Below, piece after piece: positions 1 through 13,974 of a DNA stretch of 64,000 nucleotides. Position 1 is the first letter of the stretch. Each line of letters starts with the position of its first letter. The notes below the pieces were generated by a model that worked only from the letters and a program-made list of their open reading frames with translations, did not search any database and was not told the DNA's origin. The stretch spans positions 6,572,001-6,636,000 of the forward strand of contig OZ241829.1 of the NCBI GenBank assembly GCA_965202585.1. Reading direction: 5' to 3'. The DNA is from Thalia democratica (lineage: Eukaryota). A program made the translations under genes and the position numbers.

Positions 1-1002
1 TTATCCGATTAAAATATTGTTTTACCATGTATGTTAGAGATGGATATCAACTTAAAGCATTCCTAAAATGTGCATTTTGAAGTAAAGTTTTTATTGTTTA
101 AATTTTAGTAAATTCTGTTGAGTTGTAGAAAAATTAAAAGTTTTTCTGTTGTCAATAAATTGTTTAAATTGTGTGATATGTAATGTATTTCTACTTTTAC
201 TTGGTGTGTCCAACGTTTTATTAAAAATACCATCATTCAATTTTTTACACAAGTGCGCTTAATTATAGTTCTCAATTTTTTCAGGAAGTGTATAAACAAA
301 TTTGAGGGTCGCTTAGCCTTTGAAGTAAAATAAAGTAAAGCATTTAGGATCAATAACAACTTTAAAATAAAGATAAGGGTTAAATTTGCTTTTTACGTCA
401 TTTATACCTTGAAAATTAGTGATGAATTGTATAAATGTTAAAACTGAAATGTTAGGTGTTGGGCAAGTTTTGAAACAATCTACTTACATTCTATGATATA
501 ATAACCTCTCAAAAAATATTAACAATGTCTGGCAAAACTGTTACATCGGTGCTATCAATCTGTGAACAGTAGAGTGATCTGTTTCCCTAAAAAAATCATG
601 TAGTAGAGCTTAGTTAAACTTTTTGTGCATAATCACATAAAAAGACAACACAAAAAAAAAACTTTTACCACTACCGTGCTACTTACATTTTTTTATAGGA
701 TCAAACCCCCATGTAATCTATATGGGACCTTGAAAATTTGACCTTTAAAGCTGAATATTTTTGTACATGTAGCAATCATCACAAAAACACAGTTTACGCG
801 TTTTCACTAAAGTTTCACGGAAGCACTTCTTGATTTTCTCAAAAAAAAAGAACGATAAAATGTACAGAAAGTTTAAAAATGTCTTGAAATATATAATTCA
901 AGTTTTACAACTCCCCTTAAAATATGCGTGGGTCCTTTTTTGCTCTTTATCATACACTCCGTAAGATCTAGTGTAAGTTTCAAAATTTGCCAGAATATCT
1001 AC

Positions 1003-1350
1003 AGGGTTGCAAATAAACTTGAAAGTTGACATTGTATTTTAAAAAAACCTGGAAATTAGCAATTTTGAAAAAAAAAACTGGAGTTTTGAACAAAATAGCT
1101 ACAATTTTAAACGACATTAACATTTAAGTAATGAAGTTTTGTTTTTTATAGATTAGAAAATTTATCATGTAGATAGTTTTTTATCGTTATTAAAATTTTT
1201 ATTTAAAACACATTAAAAGTAGCTCTACAGTGTTTTCTCATTGTTTTTATACAATTTAAAACATTTTTGCATTAAACTTAATTTTGTACTAATAAACCCA
1301 AAAACTTGTACTTTAAAAATTCTGAAAGAAATATCTCTACCTTTTGCCAA
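1003..1350. mobile_element. Possible degenerate MITE-like insertion
   Basis: Begins cagggttgc..aaaaaacctggaaa..aaaaactggagttttgaacaaa and is flanked by imperfect direct repeats ctagtgtaa..ccagaatatctac (968-1002 and 1355-1381). No clear right TIR. Confidence 0.25.
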
Positions 1351-3642
1351 GTACCTAGTGTAAACTTACCAGAATATCTACTATAAGTTTCACAAGTTTG
1401 CTACAATACTTAGTAATAATAATAAGTAAAATAACACCAAACAAATGATGTTTAAATAGTAGATAATAACACTTTGGTAAGTATAATAAGTTTAGGCGTA
1501 TCAACTTATTCTAAAATAATCAGAAAACTATAAAATTTGGAATTCATTTACACCAAGAATAAAGAATATTTTCTACCTATTTTGAGCCATTGTTTTTGTA
1601 CTGTTATACACATATTATTAATAAACACATATTTATAAATTTTGCTATAGCGAAATAATCCTTGTAAACAGACATAAAAAAATTGTGCATTGATTGTTCG
1701 AAAACAAACAAAAAGGTCTCAACTTCTAGAGACGATAATAACATACACTATTTTACTATTTCAAGACTTTATTATGCAAACTAAGTTTCGGTAAAAGTTT
1801 TTTTTTTGATTATTTCCATACTGTACAAACACGTATTTTAACATAACAGTTAATCTTACTTTAATTTACAATGAGTTTTACAAAAACTTACAAAAGAGTC
1901 TCATACTAAATCAGTGAAGTTAGTGCTTATCATTTTAAAGAGGACCGTAGCCTTCATTGACATTTTGTATTATTAATAATACTATCAAAAAAGATATTTT
2001 TTTTTAAAGTGACATGTACAAAATAAAAAAATGAAATACAGCATCTATGAAATTTTAGTTCAAATAGTAAAATTAGTATACTAAGAGTTTTACTTTTCAT
2101 AAAATGTGCATGGTTTGTAACTTTAGTATTTAAGTAATTATGTTATTTTTTAATATCTTTTAACAGTATTAAGTAAATTTTAATAATCTCAAATACTTTA
2201 TTTCTTAAAATATTTGATGTATAGTTATTAATACATGTAGTACACTGTAGAGAGGCTTTAAAATTCTAAAAACCTATGATTTAAGTAAGCCATAAAAAAA
2301 CAATAAAAACTTTTAAGTCTAAACACCAAACCAAAAAATCTAAAATACTTATTTTAACAAAAGTAGTTTAACTGTTGTGAATTTTAAACATAAGTAATAG
2401 TATCAAGCAAATAAAACTATTTTGATAAATAAAAACTTAGTAAAGCATTTGGCAAAATTATACTAACAGTATGCTCAAAAAAAAGTCAAACTAATTTAAA
2501 ATCTAAACCTAAGGTGAACACCGTGGATTTGTTAAAAAGGTTGTTGCTTTGAATACACTTTGACAGAGCATAATGCAGGGGCGTGTCTAGAGTTTTTTCA
2601 GTGAGTTAACACAAAATTTTTCTTCAATAAATAGAGTAGTTTCCGTAGTAACTTTTAGTAATACGTTTTGGAAAACTACGTAACATAACTGTCTCAAATT
2701 TTTTCTCTGGTACATAAAAGTATACAAACTTTAAACAACTTGAAAACACTAGTAAAACATAATGAAAAGTGTTGTTATGTAGTCCAGTTCTTTATTTTTA
2801 TTATTTAATAATCAAAATACAAACCTAAGTTCAGTTAATATTGAATTTGTAAAAGTATTGCCTTACATTGTTGAGCTAAAATGTATTTTTAAACCCTTTA
2901 TATATAAGAAACTAAAAACAAAGTGCTAATCAAAACTAGCTATTAACTTGTATTAATAATAAAACAACATATTTAATGTTATGTAAGTAAATTAATTAGT
3001 CAAAAAAAAAACGTATAAATTATATAAAAATGTTATAACTACGAACGTTGCGAATCTTTAAAAGGAAATCCTTTTAGCTGTATAGTAATTTAAAAACAGT
3101 TACTTAGAACACTTTGATTGGCTTATTTTGAATGAAAAGTTTCATTTTTAAAATGTGAAGCTTTCGCTGCTACAAAATTTTTACAAAGCGTACACATTAT
3201 TTTCTAATAAAAACATTTTAAAACTACTTGATTAGTTAATTTTGGTTTTCTGAAAAAAAAACTTATAAAACTACGTATTTTTTATTAAAAACACTATTTA
3301 ACTAAACTTTATTTGACAGAAAAAAGCTAACAGCTGGATATGAACTTTTAGTCGGTGTTGAAAATTAAAACCACATTAAATCGCCTTTTTGTTACGTTTT
3401 CTTACAGTTTTAGTTTTTCAGTTGTCGCCCAGGACAACAGTCAAAGCACGCTATAATGCTTTGAGTCTAATTAATGCTACTGAAGTATAATTCTATACTT
3501 AAACTAAAAACAACTTTGTGTTTTTGATAGACTGTTTTTAAAACAACTCATCTGCACAATATTTAAATGAGTGGTCAATACTAGTAATAGTAATTGTCAT
3601 GAAGTTTAATACAAATTTTAAAGCCAGTAGTTAACTTTTAGT

Positions 3643-6600
3643 TAAGTTTATCTATTATTCATCATAAACATAAAACAATTACAACTGTATTAAATTACTA
3701 GGTTATAACATTACACAAGGGAGGCATTTTTGTACAGATATTTTTAATATCTTTTTATTTAAAAATTAATTTTTATCAAATTTTTTTTAAACATTTAATC
3801 ACTTTTTAAGCTATGTTAGATTTGATTTCAAATTAGTTTTAAATAAACGTTTTGTTTTTGTAGAGCGTTAAACAAAGTTTTTTCGTACACATAGTACCAA
3901 TTACTTTGAACAAACAATATCTACCTGAAAATTAAAACTACAATAAAACAACTTTTTTTTATAATCCAAATTACAGTTTATTAGTGTTTAAGCGAATTAG
4001 TATAAAAATAAAATGTTAATAAATGTTTTATCAGTATTTCTTTTGTATTTTCCAAGCTTGGCCCTTTATAGCGTACATTGATTTTTTTAAAGTTTTGTTT
4101 TATTTCAAGCTTGTCCGGCTTCTGCAGCTGCCGGGGAGTAACTTCCTTGCCTGTAAAAATAAAACATTATTTAAAAAAATTAAACTGAAAAACTAGAGTT
4201 TTTAAGAACTTCGTTTATGTGCAAACCCTTGCTGAAAACTTCAGATACAAGTAGTTACACAAGGATATAGTTGTATAAATAGATGGAGAATACTTTGTAA
4301 GCCACATTTACCATCATGAAAGCCTTTAGCTAAAACAATGATAACAGTTTGCTTTGAAAGATTTTAAAACTTTAAGCTTTTTTTATTCGACAAATACTCT
4401 TATATGCACATTTATAAATACTACTTACAACGTCTTATTGGTTATAAACCATTCAATTTGTAGCTTTTACGTATGACGTCAGAGACAAAACAAAATAAAC
4501 AATTGTAAACAAAAATAACAAACGTATATAACTCACTATGTAGCTTTGATATGTGACACTACAGATATGAAACAATAAATAGTTATTAATAACAAACATG
4601 TAAATATATTTACATACAAATAAACTCACTTTGTAGCTTTTATGTATGACATCACAGACAACGCGACAATGGCGACCAATAGGGCGACGGCAAGCGCAAT
4701 CAGCAACCAGCCACTAGGTGGACCAACTGTTGACGGCTCCCTAAATCCTGTGAATTTGTTTGATTGTTACTTTTTGTAATTATAAATTGTCAAACATTAC
4801 CTAAAAAAATTGTAGTAATAGTTTAACTAACTTTTCTTTTTTGTTAATAATAACTGGTTGTTATTTGATTAACTTTAAAGGGAAAAACTAAAAGTTGTTT
4901 TCTATTTGTTTAGTAGAAAAGTTGTTTTAAATTGCTTTTTTTCATTCTAACTATTTCCTTCTGACAGAAAAATTAAGGTTCTTATACTCTCTACTATTTA
5001 AAATAAAGAAAAAAATCGTTAACTAACTCATCACTTTTCTTCAATGGCAAAAAAAAAAAGAGTTTAACGTAAATTAGCAACCATTAAACGAAACAAAACA
5101 AACAGTTATTTTTTTCATAACTTTTAACTACATTGTGTACGAACCAACAAATTAGTTTACTGCTTTACTTTTGCACGTATCTGCTGTAAAAAAAACACAC
5201 GAAACGTATTAAACAGTAATTGTTTTAAATAAAACAAACTCACTAGTAGTGACGTCAGCTGTCGTGTTCAACTGTTGAGTGGTCATTTCAGGAACTGTGG
5301 TGGCCTCAGGTGTCGTGGTGTAACTGGTACGGTTGGTTCGACTTCAGTCCAAGGTGGTAGGACTGTCGGAAAAACAAGCAATTAGAAAAAGTTAAACAAG
5401 GCGTTTGTACAGAGAGAAACTTAAATTAAACAAATTTTTGTTATATATTTTTGAATAAATCTATAAGCTTAGTATACTTCCAAAAATTGTTCCACAAATT
5501 CTAAGTTGTACCAAAAAGTGTAAAACCAATCGTTTTAAAATTATGTTTTTCTGATAAATAACTAAAACTTTATTTTAAATACGACAATAATTAATTGTTC
5601 TTTGTGTTATTTCGTTCAAACAACTCACCGTATATCTGAGTGTCGCACAGTTCGATCGTGTCACCGATTTCCGCGCCCGCCGCCGCCGCCGCCACCTTCA
5701 CTTTCCGCATGAGCGACCTCGCCTCCTGGTGGTGGTTCCTCCTCGTCACAATCTTCAGCAACACTTCCTCGCTCGACCTCAAAGCCGTTCTGTAGCTCAC
5801 GAGCGATCTCATCGATCCGGATCCCTCGCCGGATCCCTCCCCGGATCCTGGTGGAATGTCGAATGTTATTAGTTTAAACGACGTTGTAAACATAACTATG
5901 TTTTAGATAGTAGATGTTATGAAAGGAAAATTGTTTGCAGGCTGTTGCTTGTACTATTAGTTTTATCACAGTTTTGTTATTAAGCTGCAGGAGTATTTTT
6001 TATTTGACGAAAGCGAGACTTGTGAATACTCTTAAGTTTTCGCTGTATATTAAACAACTTTAAAATAAAATTAAATATTATACTTGTTTAAATTTTTTCA
6101 TGTTTAAACAACCACGTTTATTGGAATAAAATCGAGCTTCGAATTTTTGTAGAAAATATGGAAAAAAAACCTCCTCCGTCGACGTATTCGCACGAACTCA
6201 TAGTGAGATCGCAGTAGAGCTTGATGAAACCCGCCCACTCGTCGTAATGATGATCGTGCACTTCGACGCTCTCAACGTCCAACACCAATCTCAACTCCTC
6301 CAACGATTCCAGCAAGTCCGTTTCTGTGGAAAGTAATTAAATATAGCTTGAAAGTTTTTGAAAAAAATGCAACAAACATGCTGAAATTTGCATAGCTTAT
6401 AAACGTTCTCGAAAGTTTTTTTACTAAAAAATTCTTTTACACATCAATCGGCGACATTTTGATCTGAATGACGAAGTACTTCGAAATAGTTGAAAAGATT
6501 TTGTGTGATCGCCGATTTAAAACATACTCATAGTTTTATCAACAACGCAAATCAAGTATGAACTCCAACTCGTAGTTTCAAAATCAAACCGTTCTTGTAT

Positions 6601-7280
6601 CTGACGTTGATCTTCGAGTACAGGACCCTCTTTTCTCCAAGTGTCAGGTTGGGGAAGGTTTCGTTCTCAGGTGTGACGTCACCGGAACCCTCTCCTGATC
6701 CTGAATATTCTGAAAACACTTCGGATGATCCCTGCAGTTTCGACACGATCTCATTCGCAGTGTCTTCCAATGCGGCCGATACTGGAATAAAAATATTTTC
6801 TGCAACTGTAATCTGATTTTGTTGTTTAAACAAAAGAATAGTTTTTGAGTTATTTTTTTTAAGTCAAACTAAATTTTTGAAATTTTCATGTACGTTTTGT
6901 TAGTTGTTTACTCTGTTAACAGTTTAAAAGTTTACATTTGTCAATTTTGAATTATACATCATTTTTCTAATACTACGTTAGAGTTAATACAAATACTTGA
7001 ATATATTTTAAAATTTTCAATTAGTTAAAAGTTTAGTTTTTTATCTGGTGTACGAATTTTTTAAGTTTTAGTCTCATACTGGAATAGTCGTAACGTAACA
7101 TTTGTTTGAAAAATATTGAGTAAAAACTTCTAATCTAATTAAACCTTTCAAGTTGAAGTGAATTTTGCTGGAAGTTCTCGTGAATGGCTCGTTGTAAGCG
7201 TACTCAATTACCATTCCTTTGTGCTGAAGAAAATTAAAGATTATTAAAAAGTTCAATACGTTCTTTACTTTTATGTTAAA
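3643..7280. repeat. Segmental duplication, downstream copy (direct orientation, about 17.8 kb offset)
   Basis: Roughly 90% identical by eye to 21475-25127, with sharp boundaries at both ends. Confidence 0.95.
4105..7223 (-). pseudogene. 5'-truncated duplicate of the 3' end of the giant gene (pseudogene or alternative terminal cassette)
   Basis: Exons 7145-7223, 6590-6781, 6171-6323, 5629-5847, 5244-5362, 5169-5183, 4630-4747 and 4105-4150 (counting the micro-exon), all with intact splice sites. There is no start codon or upstream exons. Exon 5244-5362 is 119 nt versus 114 nt in the source copy, causing a frameshift and TGA at 5283-5285. Confidence 0.75.
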
Positions 7281-7509
7281 TGTGCTTAATGCATTTTGAA
7301 TGAATCTCGTTTTTAATTTAACTTATATTTTTTTGGTGCTTGATTGTTGTCTTTTTGTTAAGTGTTAAAGGGGTGTTGCAGATTGACATCAATCAAAAAA
7401 GTAGTATAAATAAAGAAGCTAATTTTTCAGAAAAAAATTATTTTGAATCAAACATATAATATATTTTTACATATTTAAAACATATTATAATAATATATTT
7501 TTGATCGTT

Positions 7510-7738
7510 GAGCTTCTCGTAATTCGTTTAAGTTGAGGTTTAAATTCAACTTTTTATTTATCATGATTAGTTTATTTTTATCAAAAAATGTAATTTATAC
7601 AATTTAGATGAATCCCCTTTGTAATTTGATTTTAATTTCAAGTATATTTTGTGACACTTGATTATGGAGCATCTCGTAATTCGTTTAAGTTGAGGTTTAA
7701 ATTAAACTTTATATTTATAATGATTAGCTTATTTTATG
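7510..7738. repeat. Two diverged copies of a ~70-bp sequence (about 7510-7580 and 7667-7738)
   Basis: tctcgtaattcgtttaagttgaggtttaaatt occurs twice with about 157 bp period. Confidence 0.85.
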
Positions 7739-9029
7739 AATTTTTTTATTTTTCTATCATTAATTGTTCTTAAAATAAAGTTTAAAGTTTAAATTCTTTA
7801 TATTGAATAGAACAACTTTTTGAGAAGCATGATACTATTGCTTGCTTTCATAAAACTTACTCATTACAAAAAAATAAATAAGTCCTGAAAATTTTATTGT
7901 TTTCGCTTCGGTAGTCCAAAAGTCAAGTTAGTCTATAAATAAATTAATTTTTTAACTATTTACGCTTAATAATAATTAAAAGAAAACAATTTGGTTTCGA
8001 ACAAATAATAACAATCGCTAGTCACGCTAGTTGACGCACTTTTCTTAATGCTATGTAGAGTTAACTATTCACGCCGGGTATCATGCTTCTATCAGCATGT
8101 TATAATTAGAACCATGCTTTGATCATGCGGAACTGTTTTGCAAACGAGGTGTACATAAGCAGCCGAGTTAATGAGAGAGCAAGTTTTACCGACTTCATGT
8201 CAATAAGAAAGCAGCTCCACGTCACTTGGCGCATTGATCGTAATCTTGGAAAAGCTAGATGATCTCCGGCAAAACCTTCTTATTCAAGTATTTGTTTGTT
8301 TATCTAAAACATTTACTTTGTACTTTACTTCACAACTTTACTACTACATAACGTATTTTTTATATCTTGTTCTATATACATTTTGCATACCTACTTTAGC
8401 AATGTCGACGGGCGTACAACTCGATTTGAGTTATACGCATACTGTAGCAGACAAGCTGTCCTCAAGCAACAAACTTCCATTTTTGGTCATTTTGAACATT
8501 GAACTCAACGTATAAGCCTACACATTCGGTGGCATAAACTTATTACTTCTATCTTTCCTTTCTTTATTTCAATATTGTATCTTTTTATCTCGCGCGCTCT
8601 ACATCCGGTGTCAACGAGGAAGTATAAGTCCCTACGTTCTGAACCAGTAAACTGTACGAGCAAACATTCGTTACAGCACAATTAGAATCGTGAACTGCAA
8701 GGAGACTTCTAAAGTAGTAAACCTTTCTTATTGTGTCTTTTATTTTTATGTATAATATAGATACTTGTTAGTCTATGTTGAAACTAATCTTATAAGTAAA
8801 ACGAAGAGGTTATTAGCTCTTAAACCTTCCCGCACTCACAGGCCGAGGTAGCGACTTAAGATAAAGATGGCCCCGAAGCTTTTGCGAATCTGGCTCCTGT
8901 CGAAACTGCCGAATCTGTAACAGAGGTGGTTTAACATAAAGCTAGAGACCCAAGTAGCTCGGAGTACATCAAGCTCAGTTGATACATATGCCTAAAAACA
9001 CTTTTAACTATAATTCATAATTAATTTTT

Positions 9030-12000
9030 CTTTAAGAGCTAAAGTTATAGTTAGCTTAAATATTTTAAAAATGTACTAGTTAGTCATTCATAAAAACTAT
9101 TGTTTGAAAACTCATAAGTGACTCTTAACTTTATAAAAACTAATAGGAGTATATTAGTTAAATATAATCATTAAAAACAGAAACTGCTGAATTACAAACA
9201 CTTCAGGCGTGCTACAATTGCAGTTATAGAAAACTGAATGGCTGTTAGACTTTTCACATTGATTCACGGTATCCTAAGATTCGTAAGAACTAGCTCTCCT
9301 TATCGGAAATAAAATTTTGTCAAAGATACAAACGAAAAAAAAAATCCAATAAAAAAGAAAATAACTTTTAACTTTCTTGACAAATATAAATAAAAATACA
9401 ACTCGACTACTGTTTTTTATAAAGCTTCACATAGCCAACAAGTGAGACAAATCTAAGTTTAATATTAACGATAAAATAATCATATTATAAGCACTGAAAA
9501 ACTACCGAGAGCAAGTTTATAAACATTAGTTTAAAGAAACTTTTATTGTAGAGAGAAAAAGATAAAAAGTTATGGTCGATTGGCAACACAACACATTGTA
9601 AAAAGTATATCGAGCGTATTGAGTATTAGCCTCACTCAACAATCAAATGAGATATTCTACGTATTTTTGAAAGATTAAAAAGTAACAGTTTGTACAAATA
9701 CAACGTTTATACTGACTTTAAAAAGTTACTCAGCTGATGACAGTAGTTCAACTAAACTTTTTAGCAAACACAAAGTAAACTGAAATCTAAACGGTTACAA
9801 AATTCCTTAAATAGTGTATTTGAACTTGGTAAATTTTAGGCAAAAAACTAATGCAACAACTAAATAACACAAAATAAAAAAAGTTTTAGACATGGAATTT
9901 TAACAGGCGACGATACATCGTTCAAACAAGATTAGTTCAAGAAAACCATAGCAACAACACAAAACAACAATGTATATCTGAACTAGTTCTATAAAATTGT
10001 TGAACTTGATTTAGAGTATAATATATGGATTATTTACTACAAATATACATAATTTGTAATAAACATCCAGCTTATAATACTAAAAACCACAGTATGAATA
10101 TGAAACTTTGTATGTTACTTTTGTGTTTAAAATATTTGCTCATTATATGATGGTAGTAATTAAATATACTAAAAACTTAAAGTTGAAAACAATTTAAAAG
10201 CAAAAATCTATAGAAAGCACAACAAACTAATTACTGATTTATCACAGGTATGACCTCTACTTAATGAGATTGAAAACCTAAAAAATTCAGAATATTGATT
10301 AATTTCAGAATTTAAGTTCAAACTTAAGAGTATCTAAAATCATGGACTGGTACAAAAAAGTTTAAAAAATGGCTTTAAGATGTACGAAAAATTAACTTAA
10401 GCTTAATGTACAACGTATCTCCGACAACAACTGATATATTGTTAACGCAAGACATAAAGTTTTCAAAAACATACAATTAAATCTGAGAAAGATATAAAAA
10501 TAATAATGAATGTAAATAAAAATAAAACAAAGGTAAGAACAAAATTAACTGCACATTTAAAATGATTGTTTTAAGAAAAAAATATGTCATTCATGTAGTA
10601 AAAAAAACAGGTAACCAACATAGTTATTGTGTGAAACAAAATCAACATCATATGGCAATAAATTAAAGCAAGAAACCCAGAAAAAAAACTATCAAAAGTT
10701 CGTTCACGCAACTCAAAAAAGGAAATTTGTGGTGAGAAAATTATTATTCAGATATAATTTAAAGTTTAAGCAGATTTTTTATTGTCGTGGAAACTAAAAT
10801 ATTTACTCATTTTAAAGATAGAATCAAAACAGTTTATTGAAAATATAAAAAGAGAACTAATAATGTTTTAACATTACAAACGAAAATAAGAAAATCTAAA
10901 ATCAGATATCTTGATTGTTACGTCATTTCAACAATTAAGAACATTTAAAAGACTTTGGGTTAAATTAAAAAAAAAATTTGAATTAAAGTAACTAATAACA
11001 TGGAAAGTTTAATAATTTACGAACATTACAACATGATATCTTCTTTAAACTTTGGACTACAAACCATAAAAGTTTAAACATAGAAAACAAACATGAATTA
11101 ACCCTTACTACTTACTTTAAGACTGAACCAAATTCAACTGATTTAAAGTAAGAATTAAAATAAATTGAGTCAGTCTATTAAACAAACTCTTAATGAATAT
11201 TGTAATCATTTATAAACTACTACCTTAAGTCAATCTATTGATTTACAAATATTTTTTAACGGTGATTCGTAATTATAAAACGCTTTTTAGCAGGTAAAGT
11301 TATAGCTTACTTAAATATATAAAACTTTAGTTTAATACTCAAAAATGACTCTTAATATTGTATAAATTAAGAACATTTAATAGGATCATGAATAGGTAAA
11401 TTAAATCAATAAAAATACAAACTGTTGAGTTACACGCTCATCAGGTGTAGTTCAACTGCAATTATAGAAACTGAATGGCTTTAAAATGTTCACATTTATT
11501 CACAATATTCTAAGATTTGTAAGAACTAGCTCTCTGGAAATACGTACAACTTTTCTAAAATAATAAAGATTCAAATAAAGCAATTTCAGCTGATGACAAT
11601 AAACAACTTAGCTTTAGAAAAGTAAAAAAGCTATGAAAGTCCTTAAGTGGGTTGTTTGAAGTTGCTTTATTTTATTTTAGGCAAAAAACTAATTCAAAGT
11701 GTTTTTAATAATGACAATTTACAAATTAACAATGTTTTAGACATGGAATTTTAACAGGCGACAATACAACAAACAAGATTAGTTCAAGAAAGCCATATCA
11801 ACAACATAAAACAACAATGTCACTCTTAATTAGTACCATAAAATGTTGAACTTGATTTAGAGTATAATATATGGATTATTTAATACAAATATACAAAATT
11901 TGTAATAAATATCCATCTTACAATACTAAAAACCACAGTTTAAATATGATCTTTGTACGTTACTTTTGTACTTTTAATATTTGCTCATTAAATGATGGCA

Positions 12001-12505
12001 GAAATTGTATAAAAAATTAAATTGAGAACAAAAATCTTAAGACAGCACAACAAATAACTTACTGATTTATCACAAATATGATTTCAATATTTAACGAGAT
12101 TGAAAACCTAAAAAGCTCAGAAGTTATTAAAACAAAACTACGTATCAAAACTACATAACTACAAAAAAAGTATCCAAAATAATTTACTGGTATAAAATAG
12201 ATTGAATGGTTTTAAGATGTACAAAAAAATTCAAAGCTTAATGTACAACGTATCTCCGACAACAATTGATACATTGTTAAAACAAGACATAAAGTTTTCA
12301 AAAACAAAAAATAAACCCTTAAAGATATAGTAATGAATGCAAACAAAAATAAAACAAAGGTAGGAATAAAACTTGTAACTGCAGAAATAAAAAATATTGA
12401 TTTAAGAAAAAAATTCATTCATGTAACTAAAATAAAATAGATAACCAACAAATTTGTTATGTGAAACAAAATCAACATAAATACGGCAACACATATAAAG
12501 CAATT
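9030..12505. repeat. Diverged tandem duplication (about 9030-10680 versus 11285-12505)
   Basis: Colinear shared blocks, e.g. ttttagacatggaattttaacaggcgac (about 9883 and 11735), gaacttgatttagagtataatatatggattatt, aatgtacaacgtatctccgacaac and gtgaaacaaaatcaacat. Confidence 0.85.
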
Positions 12506-13176
12506 GAGAAATCAGTTTGTCAAAAATTACAATTAACGCTACTTCTTAAATAGTTACAACTTTTAGGCAAATAAAAAGAAAAACTAATGATTTTCCTTTG
12601 ATCCATTGAATTTTACTTTAGTTAAGAAATAGTTAGAAATGTTAAAAGAAGATCAGCGATAAAAACCTTTCAGTGCATTATGGAGATAAATAATAAATTT
12701 CAAGACTTTATCATTTTTGATTTAATAAAACTCAAAGGTTTTTTACTACACCAATTACATTTTGCTTTAATTTCAGCAAGGATTTTTGGACAAAATTTAC
12801 AAAGCCTAAACATAGCTGTACCTTACAGTTTTGAAACAAGTTTACCCTTGTGTTTACATAGATTAAAAGAGCAAGGAAAAAAATTGAATAATTACAAAAA
12901 GTGTAAAATAAATATACACGCATTAAAAACATACGAATTTGAGGATATGTGGACAAACTAAGACGTTTATTATAAGATATTTGAGCTTAATTGGTAGTTA
13001 AGTGGAAAATATTTGCGCTTTAGAGAACATGCTTAATTACTTGCACTTAAAATAACTTAACTTATTTACAAACATTATTAACTAAAGAGAACCCGTGGAA
13101 AAGTTTTTAAATAAGCCTTAAAATTATTTTACAGTAACAACAACAAAACAATGAAGTGTCTAACTAAAAATACATC

Positions 13177-13725
13177 TAAATCATGAGTAAAACATACTTT
13201 TCAATCTAAAAATCACTTTTAAACCGAAGTAGAATCCTTTTATCGAAGTAGAATTGAATTAAGAAAAAATAAGTTTAAAGTATAATAACGAATTTGACTA
13301 ATAAACAAACTTTAGAATAAATTAAACCATCAATAAATTCAAGTAGATAAAACCATAAAAATGTTTAAACAAACTCAAATAATTCTACAGTAATAACAAT
13401 GAAACAGTAACTAAAACATGATCCTTTTTTGGTTGGTTCTTTGATTGACCCATAAATAAATTAAAACTAAAGAGTATGAGGCTAAATAAATCATTGAGTA
13501 AAACATATTTTTCAAACCAGGAACCACTTTTAAACCGAGATTTATCAAAGTATGTAGATTTAAATTATGAAATAATAAATTTAAAGTATAATAACAAATC
13601 AGACTTATAGATAAACATTAGTATAAATTCATAAGAAACCATACTAACATTTTTATACACAAACTTTTAAAAACTTCCACAGTAATATCAATGAAACATT
13701 AACTAAAATATGATCCAATTTTGTT
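13177..13725. repeat. Diverged ~310-bp tandem repeat (2 units, with a partial third upstream)
   Basis: taaatcat(t)gagtaaaacata..cacttttaaaccga..tttaaagtataataac..cagtaata.caatgaaaca.taactaaaa.atgatcc, starting at about 13177 and 13488. Confidence 0.75.
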
Positions 13726-13974
13726 GAGAGGGTGGAAATAAAGCACTTTTTGAACTAATTCCGAGTTTTCAATACTTATCCAATGGAAAACGACTCCATA
13801 GCATTAGAAAAAAACTACATTGTTTAAAATGAACGCTACAACGAAGTAACTTATTTTAATGTTATCAACTTTATTGACATATTTTCCAAAAATACAACTT
13901 AGACAAAACCATTATGCATGAAATACAAAAGTACGTCAATTGAACGCTAAATGCTTATTAAAATTTGGTTCATT

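Noticed and set aside
285-345. Possible plus-strand exon (TTTCAG|..KCINKFEGRLAFE|GTAAAA)
   Set aside because: Isolated, with no in-phase neighbours and a weak compositional signal.
3422-3470. Possible plus-strand terminal exon (CRPGQQSKHAIML*)
   Set aside because: No upstream exons could be linked; it may be chance.
12212-12961. ORFs of 68-93 aa on both strands
   Set aside because: F/L/K/I-rich low-complexity translations of AT-rich duplicated non-coding DNA; the paralogous copy near 10.4 kb does not appear to keep the frame.
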